Assembly (NCBI GenBank): GCA_964016885.1
Contig: OZ024743.1
Location: forward strand, 187,488,001 to 187,552,000
Length of the DNA stretch: 64,000 bases
Direction: 5' to 3'
Source: Eledone cirrhosa
Taxonomy: Eukaryota
Shown here: positions 52,938 through 64,000 of the stretch, piece by piece
Position numbering within the stretch: position 1 is the first letter of the stretch
Layout: each line of letters starts with the position of its first letter
The notes under the pieces: generated by a model
What the model was told of the DNA's origin: nothing
The model's input: only the letters and a program-made list of their open reading frames with translations
The model's database searches: none
Position numbers and translations under genes: made by a program

Positions 52938-53600
52938 TATTTTGAGGACAGACACATAGAGCATGAGAAGATGAAACGGGATGTACATAAGCAATGCCCT
53001 GGTGTAATAACTCTCAAAACAATTGGTGTCTCTATTGAATTGGTGTGCCCTGAGTGTCGAAACATATGCTTGAGTAAATCTGGTCTCAGGAGCCAACGGT
53101 GCAGCCATGTTCAAAGAGAACCAATGAACTTTGATCTCTATGGTATTGTGAAGGTTCACAGGCAATATGATGCAAGTCCTGAGGCCAGGGAGATCCATAG
53201 TTGTCGTCAATGTGCAAAGGAGTGCAAGTCTCTAGGAGGCTTGAATAGCCATATCTGAGCATCACATATCTGAATCTGACAAGCGATTGCAATATTCTTT
53301 GCAGAGCCCGCAACCACTTAGGACTACAAAATACATAGCTACCTCTTCAATCCCCACTCCCCTTCACCCACCTAAGGCTCCAACCCACACTGTAAATTGG
53401 TCGTGTAGGTGTCAAGACACGGAGTGCCCAGCCCACATTGTAAAGTGATTTGTATGTGTCACAACAAAAAGCACCTACTCCATGCTAGAAAGTGGCCATG
53501 TAGGTGACATGACAACCCCCCCCCCCCCCCCAGTACACAGTGTAAATGTGGTTGATGTTAGGAAGGGCATCCAGCCATAGAAACCAATCCAAAATCAATT
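52938..53600 (+). mobile_element. RTE/BovB-like LINE 3' end with two C2H2 zinc fingers plus family-1 3' module
   Basis: LVCPECRNICLSKSGLRSQRCSH and HSCRQCAKECKSLGGLNSHI, followed by CACACTGTAAA units and AGGAAGGGCATCCAGCC. Confidence 0.7.
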
Positions 53601-54178
53601 CTCTATACATACGTGTAATTTTATCCACCATGCTGGATTGTTGAGGATTAATTCCATTTACCAGCAGGTAAGTATTATTTTACACTTTCAAAGAATAGCC
53701 TCTGAAAAGTTCATTCACTATTGCTTGTCTTAATTTATTGAGATGGTCAATGCTGTTTCTTGATAATCGAAACTGCAGTAAGTGAGGGGTTAATGGTGAA
53801 GCTGTCTTAATTTAAGTTGCTTTACTAGGAATCTACGCATCAGGAACTTTGTATAAGTTATGCAATATGTATATATATAAAGAAAGACACACTCACACAC
53901 AAACATACAAAGACATATGTGTAGTGTTTGGGCATCTATTAACTCTAATAGGAAAGCTGAGATTTTTATATAAACTTCCCACCTGTTACAGGCAAAGAGA
54001 TTCATGGGGGTTGAACAACGTATATGTCATATACCAGATGTTCACTTCATCAGTTACCCTGAAACATTTCAGAGCAAGTTAAACTATCAAATGAACGTTT
54101 GTTAATATTTTGTGGATAAACTAATATTTAGCTCTGCTTCTGCATGCTCTTGTAATGTATTAAAGCTTTTAATGTACA

Positions 54179-54214
<36 letters not shown>

Positions 54215-54216
<2 letters not shown>

Positions 54217-54233
54217 ACCCTAACCCTAACCCT
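54215..54233. repeat. Short interstitial telomeric repeat (TAACCC)3
   Basis: TAACCCTAACCCTAACCCT between (TA)n and the PLE RT fragment. Confidence 0.7.
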
Positions 54234-54662
54234 GCTAAAATAGAAATTGGTCTTGCTAGTAAAAAATCTTAAGAAATATCATTAAACAAATTCGAAGTAA
54301 AACAAAATTATTTCAATGGTTAAATGCCCCCTCAGTTATATCTTGGTTTAATAATATACAAAAGAAAAATAAGTCTAGATTTACCCCATTTGATATAGTA
54401 GATTTCTACTCTTCTATTACTCACTCCTTGTTAGCCAAAGCCTTAGATTTTGCAAGACAATTTACTGATATATGAGAAGTAGGAAAGGAAGGAAGTAATT
54501 TTGCCTGCCAGAAAAATATTTACTTTTTGCCATAGATGAAACCTGGGTAAAAAAATCAAACCCAGAAAATCCTTGATGTCTCAATGGGCTCTTTCGATAG
54601 TACTGATGTGTGTGATTTAGTTGGCTTATTCATCCTCCACACACTTAAAAAGAAATTCTCCA
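54228..54662 (+). mobile_element. Penelope-like element RT fragment (disrupted)
   Basis: Manual translation: NPAKIEIGLASK/LRNIIKQIRSKTKLFQWLNAPSVISWF...FDIVDFYSSI...LLAKALDFA...WVKK...DVSMGSFDSTDVCDLVGLFIL. Matches PLE RT motifs (FDIxxFYPS, MGSxD); absent from the ORF track. Confidence 0.85.
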
Positions 54663-54670
54663 ACACATAA

Positions 54671-54723
<53 letters not shown>

Positions 54724-54946
54724 TTATATATATAATTTAATACAATCAACCAAACCCAAATTTGGTGAACCTATCATTTTCATAAGATATAGCTTGTGTT
54801 TCAGATGACAATTAAACATTTTGATTCAATGTGGTTGATTGAGGATTAAGACATATAATATGCTTGATGAAACTTTAGCCAGTTTGTTTCTGACTGACCA
54901 AATTAAATTATTTATACTCTATTTCTGACATACAATAATTTTCTTT

Positions 54947-55146
54947 NNNNNNNNNNNNNNNNNNNNNNNNNNNNNNNNNNNNNNNNNNNNNNNNNNNNNN
55001 NNNNNNNNNNNNNNNNNNNNNNNNNNNNNNNNNNNNNNNNNNNNNNNNNNNNNNNNNNNNNNNNNNNNNNNNNNNNNNNNNNNNNNNNNNNNNNNNNNNN
55101 NNNNNNNNNNNNNNNNNNNNNNNNNNNNNNNNNNNNNNNNNNNNNN
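54947..55146. other. Assembly gap (200 N)
   Basis: Run of N. Confidence 1.
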
Positions 55147-55364
55147 CTTGAGTTATGACTCAGTGATGACTTGTCCAACTCTCTCTCTTAAATGATGATA
55201 ATATATTTATTAATTAATTAATATATTTAATCAACTTAAACATATAGAGCTAGTAAATCTAACAGACAATAATAATTAATATTTCTTACAGTTGAGAAAC
55301 AAAAAAATAGATAGACAGAGATAAGTGAATATAAAAATAAATGTTAGAATTTAAAAATAAATAA

Positions 55365-55697
55365 TACTTGTCTCTAGTTTTGGAAAAAGGCCAGCAATTA
55401 CCCCAGTGCATTACTGGTGCTTTATTTTATCAACCAGGTAAGGATGAAAGGCAAAGTTAACCATAACTCTATGCTGCAAATCATGGTGTCTGACACTCTA
55501 CCAATACTACCAATGCAGTAGAAAAGAATAATGATTGTTTCTACTTTTGGCACAAGGCCAGCAAATATTATAGTGCATTATTGGTACTTTATTTTATCAA
55601 CCCCCATAGGGACGAAAGGAAAAGTTTTGAACTCAGGTTGTAAAGGGTCGTAACTCTGTGAAGCAAAGCATGGCGTCTGACCCTCTACCGATACTGA
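55365..55697 (-). mobile_element. Two degenerate SINE family 2 copies in tandem
   Basis: GGCCAGCAATTA...GGATGAAAGGCAAAG-type sequence occurs twice. Confidence 0.75.
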
Positions 55698-56541
55698 ATA
55701 TAAATTAAATAGGGAAGGCCAACAAGAGGCAGAATAAGCTTTAAAAAAGATATTAAAAAACACACATTCAAAAAGCTTCCTCAAAGAAATTAGAACCATG
55801 TGTTTGCAAAATAAGCTCTTAATGGTGTAGCAATTCTTTATTATGATTCAATATGTTGCATAATCTTTCCTTTCTAACACTCATATTGTAAAATGTATAT
55901 ACAATACAAATGAATATTCATTATTTATTTTTTAAAGTTTCAAACTTCATGATGTTTTTATTAGAAAAGTTACTTTATATTTATGATTTTGTTCATTGAT
56001 AAACTTTTAATATATTTTATTGGTGTGTTCACACATTCACACACACATTAACCCCCCCCCCCCACATATATATATATATATATATATACAAAGAGAGAGA
56101 GAGAGAAATATATACATGTACAAACGTATACACACATACATACACATACATACATACATATATAGGTACATATGCAGGCAAAAACACATTAATATATAAC
56201 ATTGCAAAATTGGACTGTATTTTAGATGTCTGTGTTTCTATATATACAGACATACACACACACACACATATATATATATATTTTCTTACCAACAATTGAT
56301 TTGAAGCCAACATTTTCGGATGCCCCAAATGATGAACGATGAGTTTTCTTTCGAAGTTCATGAAACAGAAATTAGAATTAATCGTTCTGTTTATGTTCCA
56401 AAAAACACATTCTGAATTCTTACTTTCTCTGTTTTTGCTTCTCCTAATTACATTTTTGTATAATTTGTTCTGTTCCTTTCCTAGAATTGAAATATATTGT
56501 GCTTTATGTATGTATTTATATATACATATATATATATTTAT

Positions 56542-56612
<71 letters not shown>

Positions 56613-56615
<3 letters not shown>

Positions 56616-56815
56616 AAAAGAGTCAGGACCCTGACGGCTGAGCTCCACCTGTTTTGACAGCTACATCCAAACGAATTCAGATCTAGCTGTCGAAATGGCT
56701 GGAGTTCAGCCGTTGGGGTCCTGACTCTTTTCCAATTACCCACTCTACTACCCTAAGTATCGAGTACTCTGGTGCGTTATGGTCCACCTGGTTCCTTACC
56801 ACACTCTCTTTGTTA
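56613..56815 (+). mobile_element. (TA)n-adjacent element with terminal fold-back (56614-56733)
   Basis: Inverted ~58-bp arms plus tail TTACCCACTCTACTACC...GGTGCGTTATGGTCCA, which matches the reverse complement of 24718-24797. Confidence 0.85.
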
Positions 56816-56999
56816 TACTCTCTTTCTCTTAATTTTTAGTTTGCTTTTGACCGGCCACCATCTTGGTGGAAAGGTTCTAAAGAAAGGAAATTGTCATCGT
56901 TTTTTGTGTATGTGTTTATCCTTTGAATTGTAAGAATGTTTAATCAATTATGTGGATAATCTATATTTCACATGCAAGAGTGTGTCTGGAGCCTAACAT

Positions 57000-57510
57000 C
57001 TATATTAACATCATACAAGAAGCAACTTTGTAGCTTATGAATTAAAGAGCAATGTTCTTTCTTCACAAATCCCAGCTCAATAAAGTGTGTAACTTGGAGA
57101 GCAGAGAGTCACTCCAGGTAGAGCTGCTACTTCTCTGAATTAAGAGATCACAGTTCTGATACTATGGGCATGTGATTAGAATGTCTCAGGTAAGAGTCGC
57201 TGGACAGATTTTTACCAGCAAAACCAACCAACAAGAAATCCAGTTGTAGACCCCAAGCAAGATACTTGGATAACATCCATGAGCTTGGCTGGCGATGTTT
57301 GGGAATTTGGCCAGAACAGTTGGAGACAGTTGCTTCTGACAGAACCCAATGAAAGGAGTGTTTGAGGACTCTGCTGCCATGACTCTCAGGAGGAGGAGGA
57401 GGAGGAGGAGGAGGAAGAAGAAGAAGAAGAAGAAGAAGAAGAAGAAGAAGAAGAAGAAGAAGAAGAAGAAGAAGAAGAAGAAGAAGAAGAAGAAGAAGAA
57501 GAAGAAGAAG
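57000..57510 (+). mobile_element. Degenerate RTE (Expander-like) 3' end followed by (GAG)n(AAG)n
   Basis: YYGHVIRMS...RPQARYLDNI...LGIWPEQLETVASDR; microsatellite at 57388-57510. Confidence 0.65.
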
Positions 57511-57649
57511 GTTGGTAACTCAAGTAATGATGAGCATGAACCTGAATACAAACTCTTCATTAATGTTCTGTAGATATCCTCCTCTTCCATTTTTCTAATC
57601 ACATTGACATCAAGTGGGAAGCTTTAATTTGATGGAAGTTTTTATTTTT

Positions 57650-59440
57650 AAGTTCCACCAGTATTCCTTAGAGCGATCAGTCTCAACATATTCCCCCCCT
57701 GTTTGATTTCAATTTCATCTTCCATAATGCATTCCAGATTATTCTAGCTATCTCAGCATGCCTCATGAGGAGGTAGTAATGAGAAGACATTCTTTCACAG
57801 TTGGCAATAATGGAGCTAATATTTTCAATCTTTCTTTTGTACAGTCTACATTTATTGTCAACTGATGACCATTATTTTGTGCAGTACATACTTGGTGGGG
57901 ATTTCTTGTTCCTGGATTGCATAGAGATATCCTTCAGAGTAGGATGATATGAATTTGTTTTAGTATGATTCATCCTCTACAGTATGTAGTTTTCATCTTG
58001 AGTACCCATGTACAACCTTCTCAGTGTATTGTATTTAGTTTGAGCATTGAGTAGTCTTCCAATGTTTCTGGGAGAGAGATTTGTATCTGGTTTTAATTAT
58101 GCTCATACAGCTGGGCAAGATGGCTGCTGACCTTTTTTTTCTGTTGAAGATGTTGCTTCAGTGTTACTATCCAGGTTTTATATGATGCTAATATGGATTA
58201 CTCTTACATGTGAAATATAGCCTCTCCATATAATTGATTTTAAAATTTCCAGTAACACAAAGCAGCATACAAGTCCTTATATCCATTTTGTACAGTGCTT
58301 GCTATGACCAGTTCAGCAAGCCAGGTGTTGGTGTTAAGATGGGCACAGCCAAAGTATTATGAGCAATGTGCTTGCTGTACACTGAGAATTCTGATGATCA
58401 TATTCTCTTTACTCTTCTGAGGTATTCATTCCAGGTCCTCTCCATATCTATGGGTCCATTATATCTGACATTCTCATCCTGACCAACATACCTATAATTA
58501 TCACCTGACTCTCGAAGTTGTATCGTCAAGCCATTCATTTCTAGGTTTTCAGTGGAGGGCACAACGTTTCTAAATTTTATTGTAAAAAATGCACATTTGG
58601 ACTCACCAAATTTCATTCCAATGTCTGTAGACAAATGATTAATGAGGTCCAATTTTTTAAGTGATTGGTATTTGGCCCAAACAATTTCAGGTAATCAACA
58701 AAGAAAAGATGGAAGATACTTCTCAGTCCATTTCTATGGCCACTATGTTTTGTGAGCAGGTATGATAGTGACTTTAGTGAGAGGACGGAGAGCAGTACTA
58801 ACAAGCTACCACTCTGAAAAGTGCCTTTTTGATAGTGAATGATATCAGACTCACTTTACTTCTTATCACCCCTAAGGAACAAAGTGGTGTACCAAGTCTT
58901 TGTCAAGCATTTGATAGCAGTTACTAGTGGTTGCAGGACTTTGGGTGACTGTAAAGCCTTGATAATCCACCCATGTGGTATACTAACAAAAGCCTTCTGG
59001 TAGTCCATTCACACCACAGTCAAGTTCCTTCAATTTTTTACTGTTTTTTCTTGGAACATTTTGTTAATTAGGAGCTGCTCTATATAGAATCAAACCTCCT
59101 TCTTTCTCCCAGCTTGTTCAGATGTTCTTGGTGGCATAATGATATTGGAAGAACAGATTGAAGCACCCAGTGTACAATTTGTATATATCTGGTAGGATAT
59201 TGGGAGGTAATTTTTAGCAAGTCAAATTTTGCTACTTTTTTTTTTTAGATTAGGAGAGTATGAGATCTTGCGGATAAAAGGTGAAATTCTTCAGCCAGTA
59301 ACCAGTTATGAGGTCTGGGCTTGGGGATTTTCTGTTTAACTTTTTTTGTTCAGCTCTTTCCAGTATTGTGCCATCTATTTCATAAGGCTTTTGCTGAACA
59401 TGCTGATAGTAGTCCTGCTCCAGTCCTTTTAGGCATACAG
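57650..59440 (-). mobile_element. Second, heavily decayed R4/Dong-like LINE
   Basis: SPSPDLITGYWLK, HLFFVDYLKLF, LSTDIGMKFGESKC and YRYVGQDEN...EYLRRVKRI, collinear with 40210-42450. Confidence 0.8.
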
Positions 59441-59449
59441 CTTCTTTGA

Positions 59450-59535
59450 ACTCGACAATCTTCCTACATCTCTTTGCCAGACACTTAGCATAGACTTTAC
59501 CAGGGAGGATTAATAAGGAGATCACTCTGTAATAT
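59450..59535 (-). mobile_element. Small RTE RT N-terminal fragment
   Basis: YRVISLLILPGKVYAKCLAKRCRKIVE (cf. YRGISLLSLPGKVY). Confidence 0.6.
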
Positions 59536-60115
59536 ATTTCTCTCTGGCCCATTTATCATACCAGAGCTGGTGATGTTGGGGTAAATTTAAATTGATTGGG
59601 CTTGATAATAGTACTGATATATGTATAATAATTTTGTATTCATATTTTGAAGTCGAGAATATTTATTAAAGTGCTCAACAATAGCTTGAATTTTCTGAAA
59701 TGACAACATTTCATCTTAAATATGAAATACTAGTAATAAACTTCTAGATGCGCTATACTTGAAAAAATATGGAGTGGTTACAAGTTGATCAGGTGTGTAT
59801 AATAAAGGCCAACATGATGCTAAACAACAGCAATAACTACAACAATATGAAAGCTGTTATTTTTTGTATTGATATTCAGTGAATATATTAGAAACATATT
59901 GCCATAAAAATAGATAATGCTCTGTCAAACTCTCAAGTCATTGATGCAATATATGGACATGAAACCTTTCACAGTGGGCCATTAAGTAAAGCTGCTTTAT
60001 TATTGTGTCATTTCACAATTCAATATGGGGACATATATTCAACACTGCAGTTCTACTGACACATTTATCTTGTTTTGGTTCTGTTTACCATTTTATAGCC
60101 ACAGTCAGTCATGAT

Positions 60116-60347
60116 TTAACCCTTTAGCATTTAAACCGGATGTATCTGGCTAAAATTCTCTCACTTCTTTTTGTTCAACCTAGCTGTAACCAGCTACTCA
60201 TACTGATGTTAAAGTATTGTTCTCAAAATAAATAATATCCAAATCTCATCGATTCGATATTATGTGAGATAATTATGTAAGATAAAGACTTTACCACAAA
60301 AATACAATAGTATTTACAACAGAGTAATGTAAATGCTAAAGGGCTAA
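60116..60347. mobile_element. piggyBac-type MITE, family a
   Basis: TTAA-CCCTTTAGCATTTA ... TAAATGCTAAAGGG-CTAA. Confidence 0.8.
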
Positions 60348-60436
60348 CATGCCTATTGTCAAAGATATTCCAGCTCCGACCATCTGTTTTTTTAGGAGTA
60401 ACTATGACTACATTACCTACTGTATCCTTTCTATAT

Positions 60437-60630
60437 TTAACCCTTTAGCATTTAAACCAGCCATATTTGTTCAAACCAGCTGCTCATATTTATGTTAAGG
60501 TATTGTTCTCAAAATAAATAGTAGCAAAATCTCATAGCTTCGATATTATGTGAGATAAGTATGTGAGGTGAAGCCTTTACTGTGAAAATACAATAGTAAA
60601 TATAGAAAAATGTAAATGCTAAAGGGTTAA
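60437..60630. mobile_element. piggyBac-type MITE, family a
   Basis: TTAA-CCCTTTAGCATTTA ... TAAATGCTAAAGGG-TTAA: perfect 14-bp TIR and TTAA TSD. Confidence 0.85.
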
Positions 60631-62217
60631 GAGAGTTGCAGTAGTGGGGTTGAGATCTATTTCACTGCTATTTTTAGCAAGTAAAGTTACTGCAAAGAGG
60701 CTGCTCCTTGTTGGCTTGCTTTGTACTTTACAAAGCTATTGGAGTTTATAGAGGTTAAACAATTCTAGGTGTGCTATGTATATTGGAGCTCCCTATACTG
60801 ATTTGTTGAGGGTTAAGTATCTTAGCCAGGAAGACAACACATTTATGCAAGCATGAAATACTATATAGGGTTTCTTTCAATTGCATTCTGAAGTTAGGCT
60901 ATAGAAACAGAATATTTATATGCTTGTATGTTAATGTGACAACATAGAAGATCTCTCAGCTACATAACTGAAATTTGGTCGTGGAGACACTCCATTTAAT
61001 ATATCATGTCATAACACAGAGGCACGCTTTTATTTCCTCTCTCTTTCTTTCTATCTCTTTCTCTCATTCTCTTTCTTCCCCTCTCCTTCTCTCTCTCATT
61101 CACTCCCCCCCCCCACTCTCTCTCTCTCTCATATATGTCTAATATTTATGTTATTAGTGATAAATTCATTCATAATAGTGAACCTCAAAAGATTTTTATT
61201 CTATTTATTCTTGTGCTAGTCATGTAGCTTTCTTGTAAACCAATGCATTGGTCTTAACATTTCCTGCTATGTTTTATATCTGGATATAAGGTGGTTCTTT
61301 TTTTTTCAGATCTCATAACACTTGTTCATCTCTTTACCTGTTAATCTTATTTGTGAAGGTCTACTTTAAGATTACAGTGTCTACTAGGTATCCTATCAAT
61401 AGCCGTAATATTAACAGAAATATTAGGACTATAATGGAGAAAAATGTGGAGAAAATGTTTTATTCATTTTGCATATAGCCTGGATGTAATGAAATCAATT
61501 GTATGATAAAGTCATTCATTCAGACATAAATTTTGCAAAAGAAATATTTAGAAATTTCCTTCTGTTTTAATAAAGGCAGCAACAGTATTATATGCCATTT
61601 CTTGTTACTTCTTTATATTCAATATCTCCTGCATCTTAGCACAAAAACATGGCTACCATGCTGTGATTGCATATAAAATGGTTTGAAAGAAGTACATAAT
61701 AACGCCAAATAGAAAATATTAAAAATATACTAGAACGAGAGAAGATAAAAAAATATGATAAATAACTATTCAAGATAGTTTTAATGCAAAATGATTGATA
61801 AATGTGTTTGTAGATGCTTAGAAAAAAAAAAGAAAAAAAAAAACTTCCATTAATATATGCAACAGCGAAGAGATTTATCAACAAAAATTATGTCCGAATA
61901 GGTGTCTTTAGAGAACATAAAATATTAATATACATGACAAGTTAATACTGTTTTTCAAAAGTCATCACTATTTTACACCATTTCTTTCTTTTGTATGTAG
62001 GTATGTATGTATGTATCTATGTATGCATGTATGTATGCATGCATCCATATATGTATGTATTTATGTATGTATATAAACGTATATATAAATATATATATAA
62101 ATATATATGTATATCCAAGCATGGGAAAATGGATGCTAAACGGTGATGATTATTATATTATGATGATGATCATGATATATATATATGTATGTATGTATAA
62201 ATATATGTATATATATT

Positions 62218-62277
<60 letters not shown>

Positions 62278-62301
62278 CACACACACACACATATATATGT
62301 G

Positions 62302-62334
<33 letters not shown>

Positions 62335-62770
62335 GAAAATAGGGAGAAAAAGACGATTTTTAGGAAGAAAAATATTTTTTTTTCCCTTTTATTTTTTTCT
62401 CTTTTTTCTGGGTTAGAAAATGTTTAAAACAAAATATATATATATGAAAACACAGACACACACACATATTTGGAAAATATATACAAACTTGCATAGTATA
62501 GTTTCATTTGATTGATAGCCTTTCAAGAATGGTTTTCAAGCAAATGTCTTTCAAGAGACATAGGAGAGATTAGTCAGGTTTTAATCACACAAATTAAAAG
62601 ATATAATTTGAAAAGAACAGAAAGGAGGAGGGAAGATAAAAAGAAAATAACAGTGATGCACACAACACAATAAACAAAAAGTAGATACAACATATATATT
62701 TGTGTGTGTACATATATATGTATATGCATAAAACAGTGATGATGATGATGATACATACACACACACACAC

Positions 62771-62801
<31 letters not shown>

Positions 62802-63307
62802 CATATATATGTACATACATATATATATATGCACACATGCACACACATATATATATGTGTGTGTGTGTGTGCATGTTTATATATATATGTGAGCCTGTGT
62901 GTATATGTATGTATGTATATGTGTGTGTATATGTGTATATGTGTATGTATATGTGTGTGTATATATATATATATACTTATGCATATATATATACATATAT
63001 ATATGTACATACACACACGAACATTCGTGTATTTACATGTAGGTATGTGTGTGCGCTTGTTATATACGTATTTATTTATCTATATACGTTTATATAATTA
63101 TTTATTTATTTCTATACACGCTTACACACACACACACATTTATATGTGCGTGGTTTTGTTTACCTATGGTAAGTTTTTGCGTATGCTTGTGTATGTACGT
63201 TTCTGTTTGCGTGTATGTATTTATTTATTTCTATTACTTCTGTATTGTATTTATTTACTTTGTTCTTAACTCCGTAGCGGAGATTCATTCGGTCTCCTAG
63301 TTAGAAT

Positions 63308-63563
63308 TTAGTCTACGACTTCTGCTATACCATTTACGTGGTTTTGTCTTTGCGTGCTATTGTTCTCTACGCTCCACATATGACGTATTATCTTCGTTTT
63401 TTTCGTTCATCGCCAGAGAACGTCTCTATGCACCACCTAAGAGAACATTAGTCTACGACCTCTATTATACCATAAACGTGGTTCTGTCTTTGCGCGTAAT
63501 TGTTTTTTGACGTATTATATTCGTTTTTTCCCGTTCTTAGCCATCGAACGTTTCCACGAACCA
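63308..63563. repeat. Two diverged ~140-bp direct repeats
   Basis: TTAGTCTACGAC...TATACCAT...ACGTGGTT at 63308 and 63448. Confidence 0.8.
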
Positions 63564-63826
63564 AAGTATCGTCTTCCTGTCTTCCTCCGGTTGCAACGTT
63601 TTTTGAAATATCCAGTTCTGCGTTTACAGATTGACTTTGTTAGTTTCAGAAGATCCCGTTAAGGGTGAAAGCAGCGATTCTTTGCTTAAACTTTAATCTG
63701 TTATTTTAATAAATATTTGCTCTACGGTTCTTATATATTTGATATATATTTATCCTTATCGAGCCCTCTTTGGATTTTAGTCTTCAAATTTATTATTATT
63801 ACTATATATATATATATATATGACAA

Positions 63827-63968
63827 GTAAGTATGTTTTGAAACAGTGAGCAGGTTTGAAATTAGAAAATAGAATAGCTTTCACCGTATTTTTCTACTAA
63901 AGAAATTTTAGTTTGATAATGGGGTTGAGAACCCTCAGATAAATGGAAAAAGATGAGTAGTGACATGT
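63827..63968. repeat. Second copy of the 34518-34660 repeat
   Basis: GTAAGTATGTTTTGAAACAGTGAGC...AACCCTCAGA.AAATGGAAAAAG. Confidence 0.8.
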
Positions 63969-64000
63969 ATATATGTATATATGTATATATGTATCTATGC

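Noticed and set aside
52881-53258. Possible host C2H2 zinc-finger gene (a family expanded in octopus)
   Set aside because: No TGEKP linkers, starts in a microsatellite, and runs into a retroelement 3' module; it fits an RTE/BovB-type ORF end better.
57186-57602. Poly-F and poly-K/R ORFs
   Set aside because: Translation of the (GAG)n(AAG)n microsatellite.
61310-61387. Candidate exon after a strong polypyrimidine acceptor
   Set aside because: Weak donor, no recognisable peptide and no partner exon.

Overview
AT-rich, microsatellite-dense animal DNA, intergenic or intronic. The repeat complement resembles a coleoid cephalopod such as Octopus (inference from repeat families only). No intact host protein-coding gene can be supported, and most listed ORFs are microsatellite artefacts. 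The window is a nested set of decayed transposons: 5'-truncated RTE-clade LINEs (two copies have a C4HC3 PHD finger inserted inside the RT), two R4/Dong-like RLE LINEs, a CR1 LINE, a Penelope-like (PLE) RT fragment fused to (TAACCC)3, an internally deleted Helitron, mariner/pogo/piggyBac-type MITEs and several tRNA-derived SINE families. There is also a 200-N assembly gap. The most interesting structure is a set of short (TA)n-embedded elements carrying hammerhead ribozyme (HHR) motifs, one with an intact core at 12659-12714. Five long asymmetric fold-back palindromes have axes just upstream of an HHR-like GAAA motif. Other leads are an apparent SINE/R4-LINE shared 3' tail and a 3'-UTR tandem module shared by different RTE lineages and a SINE.
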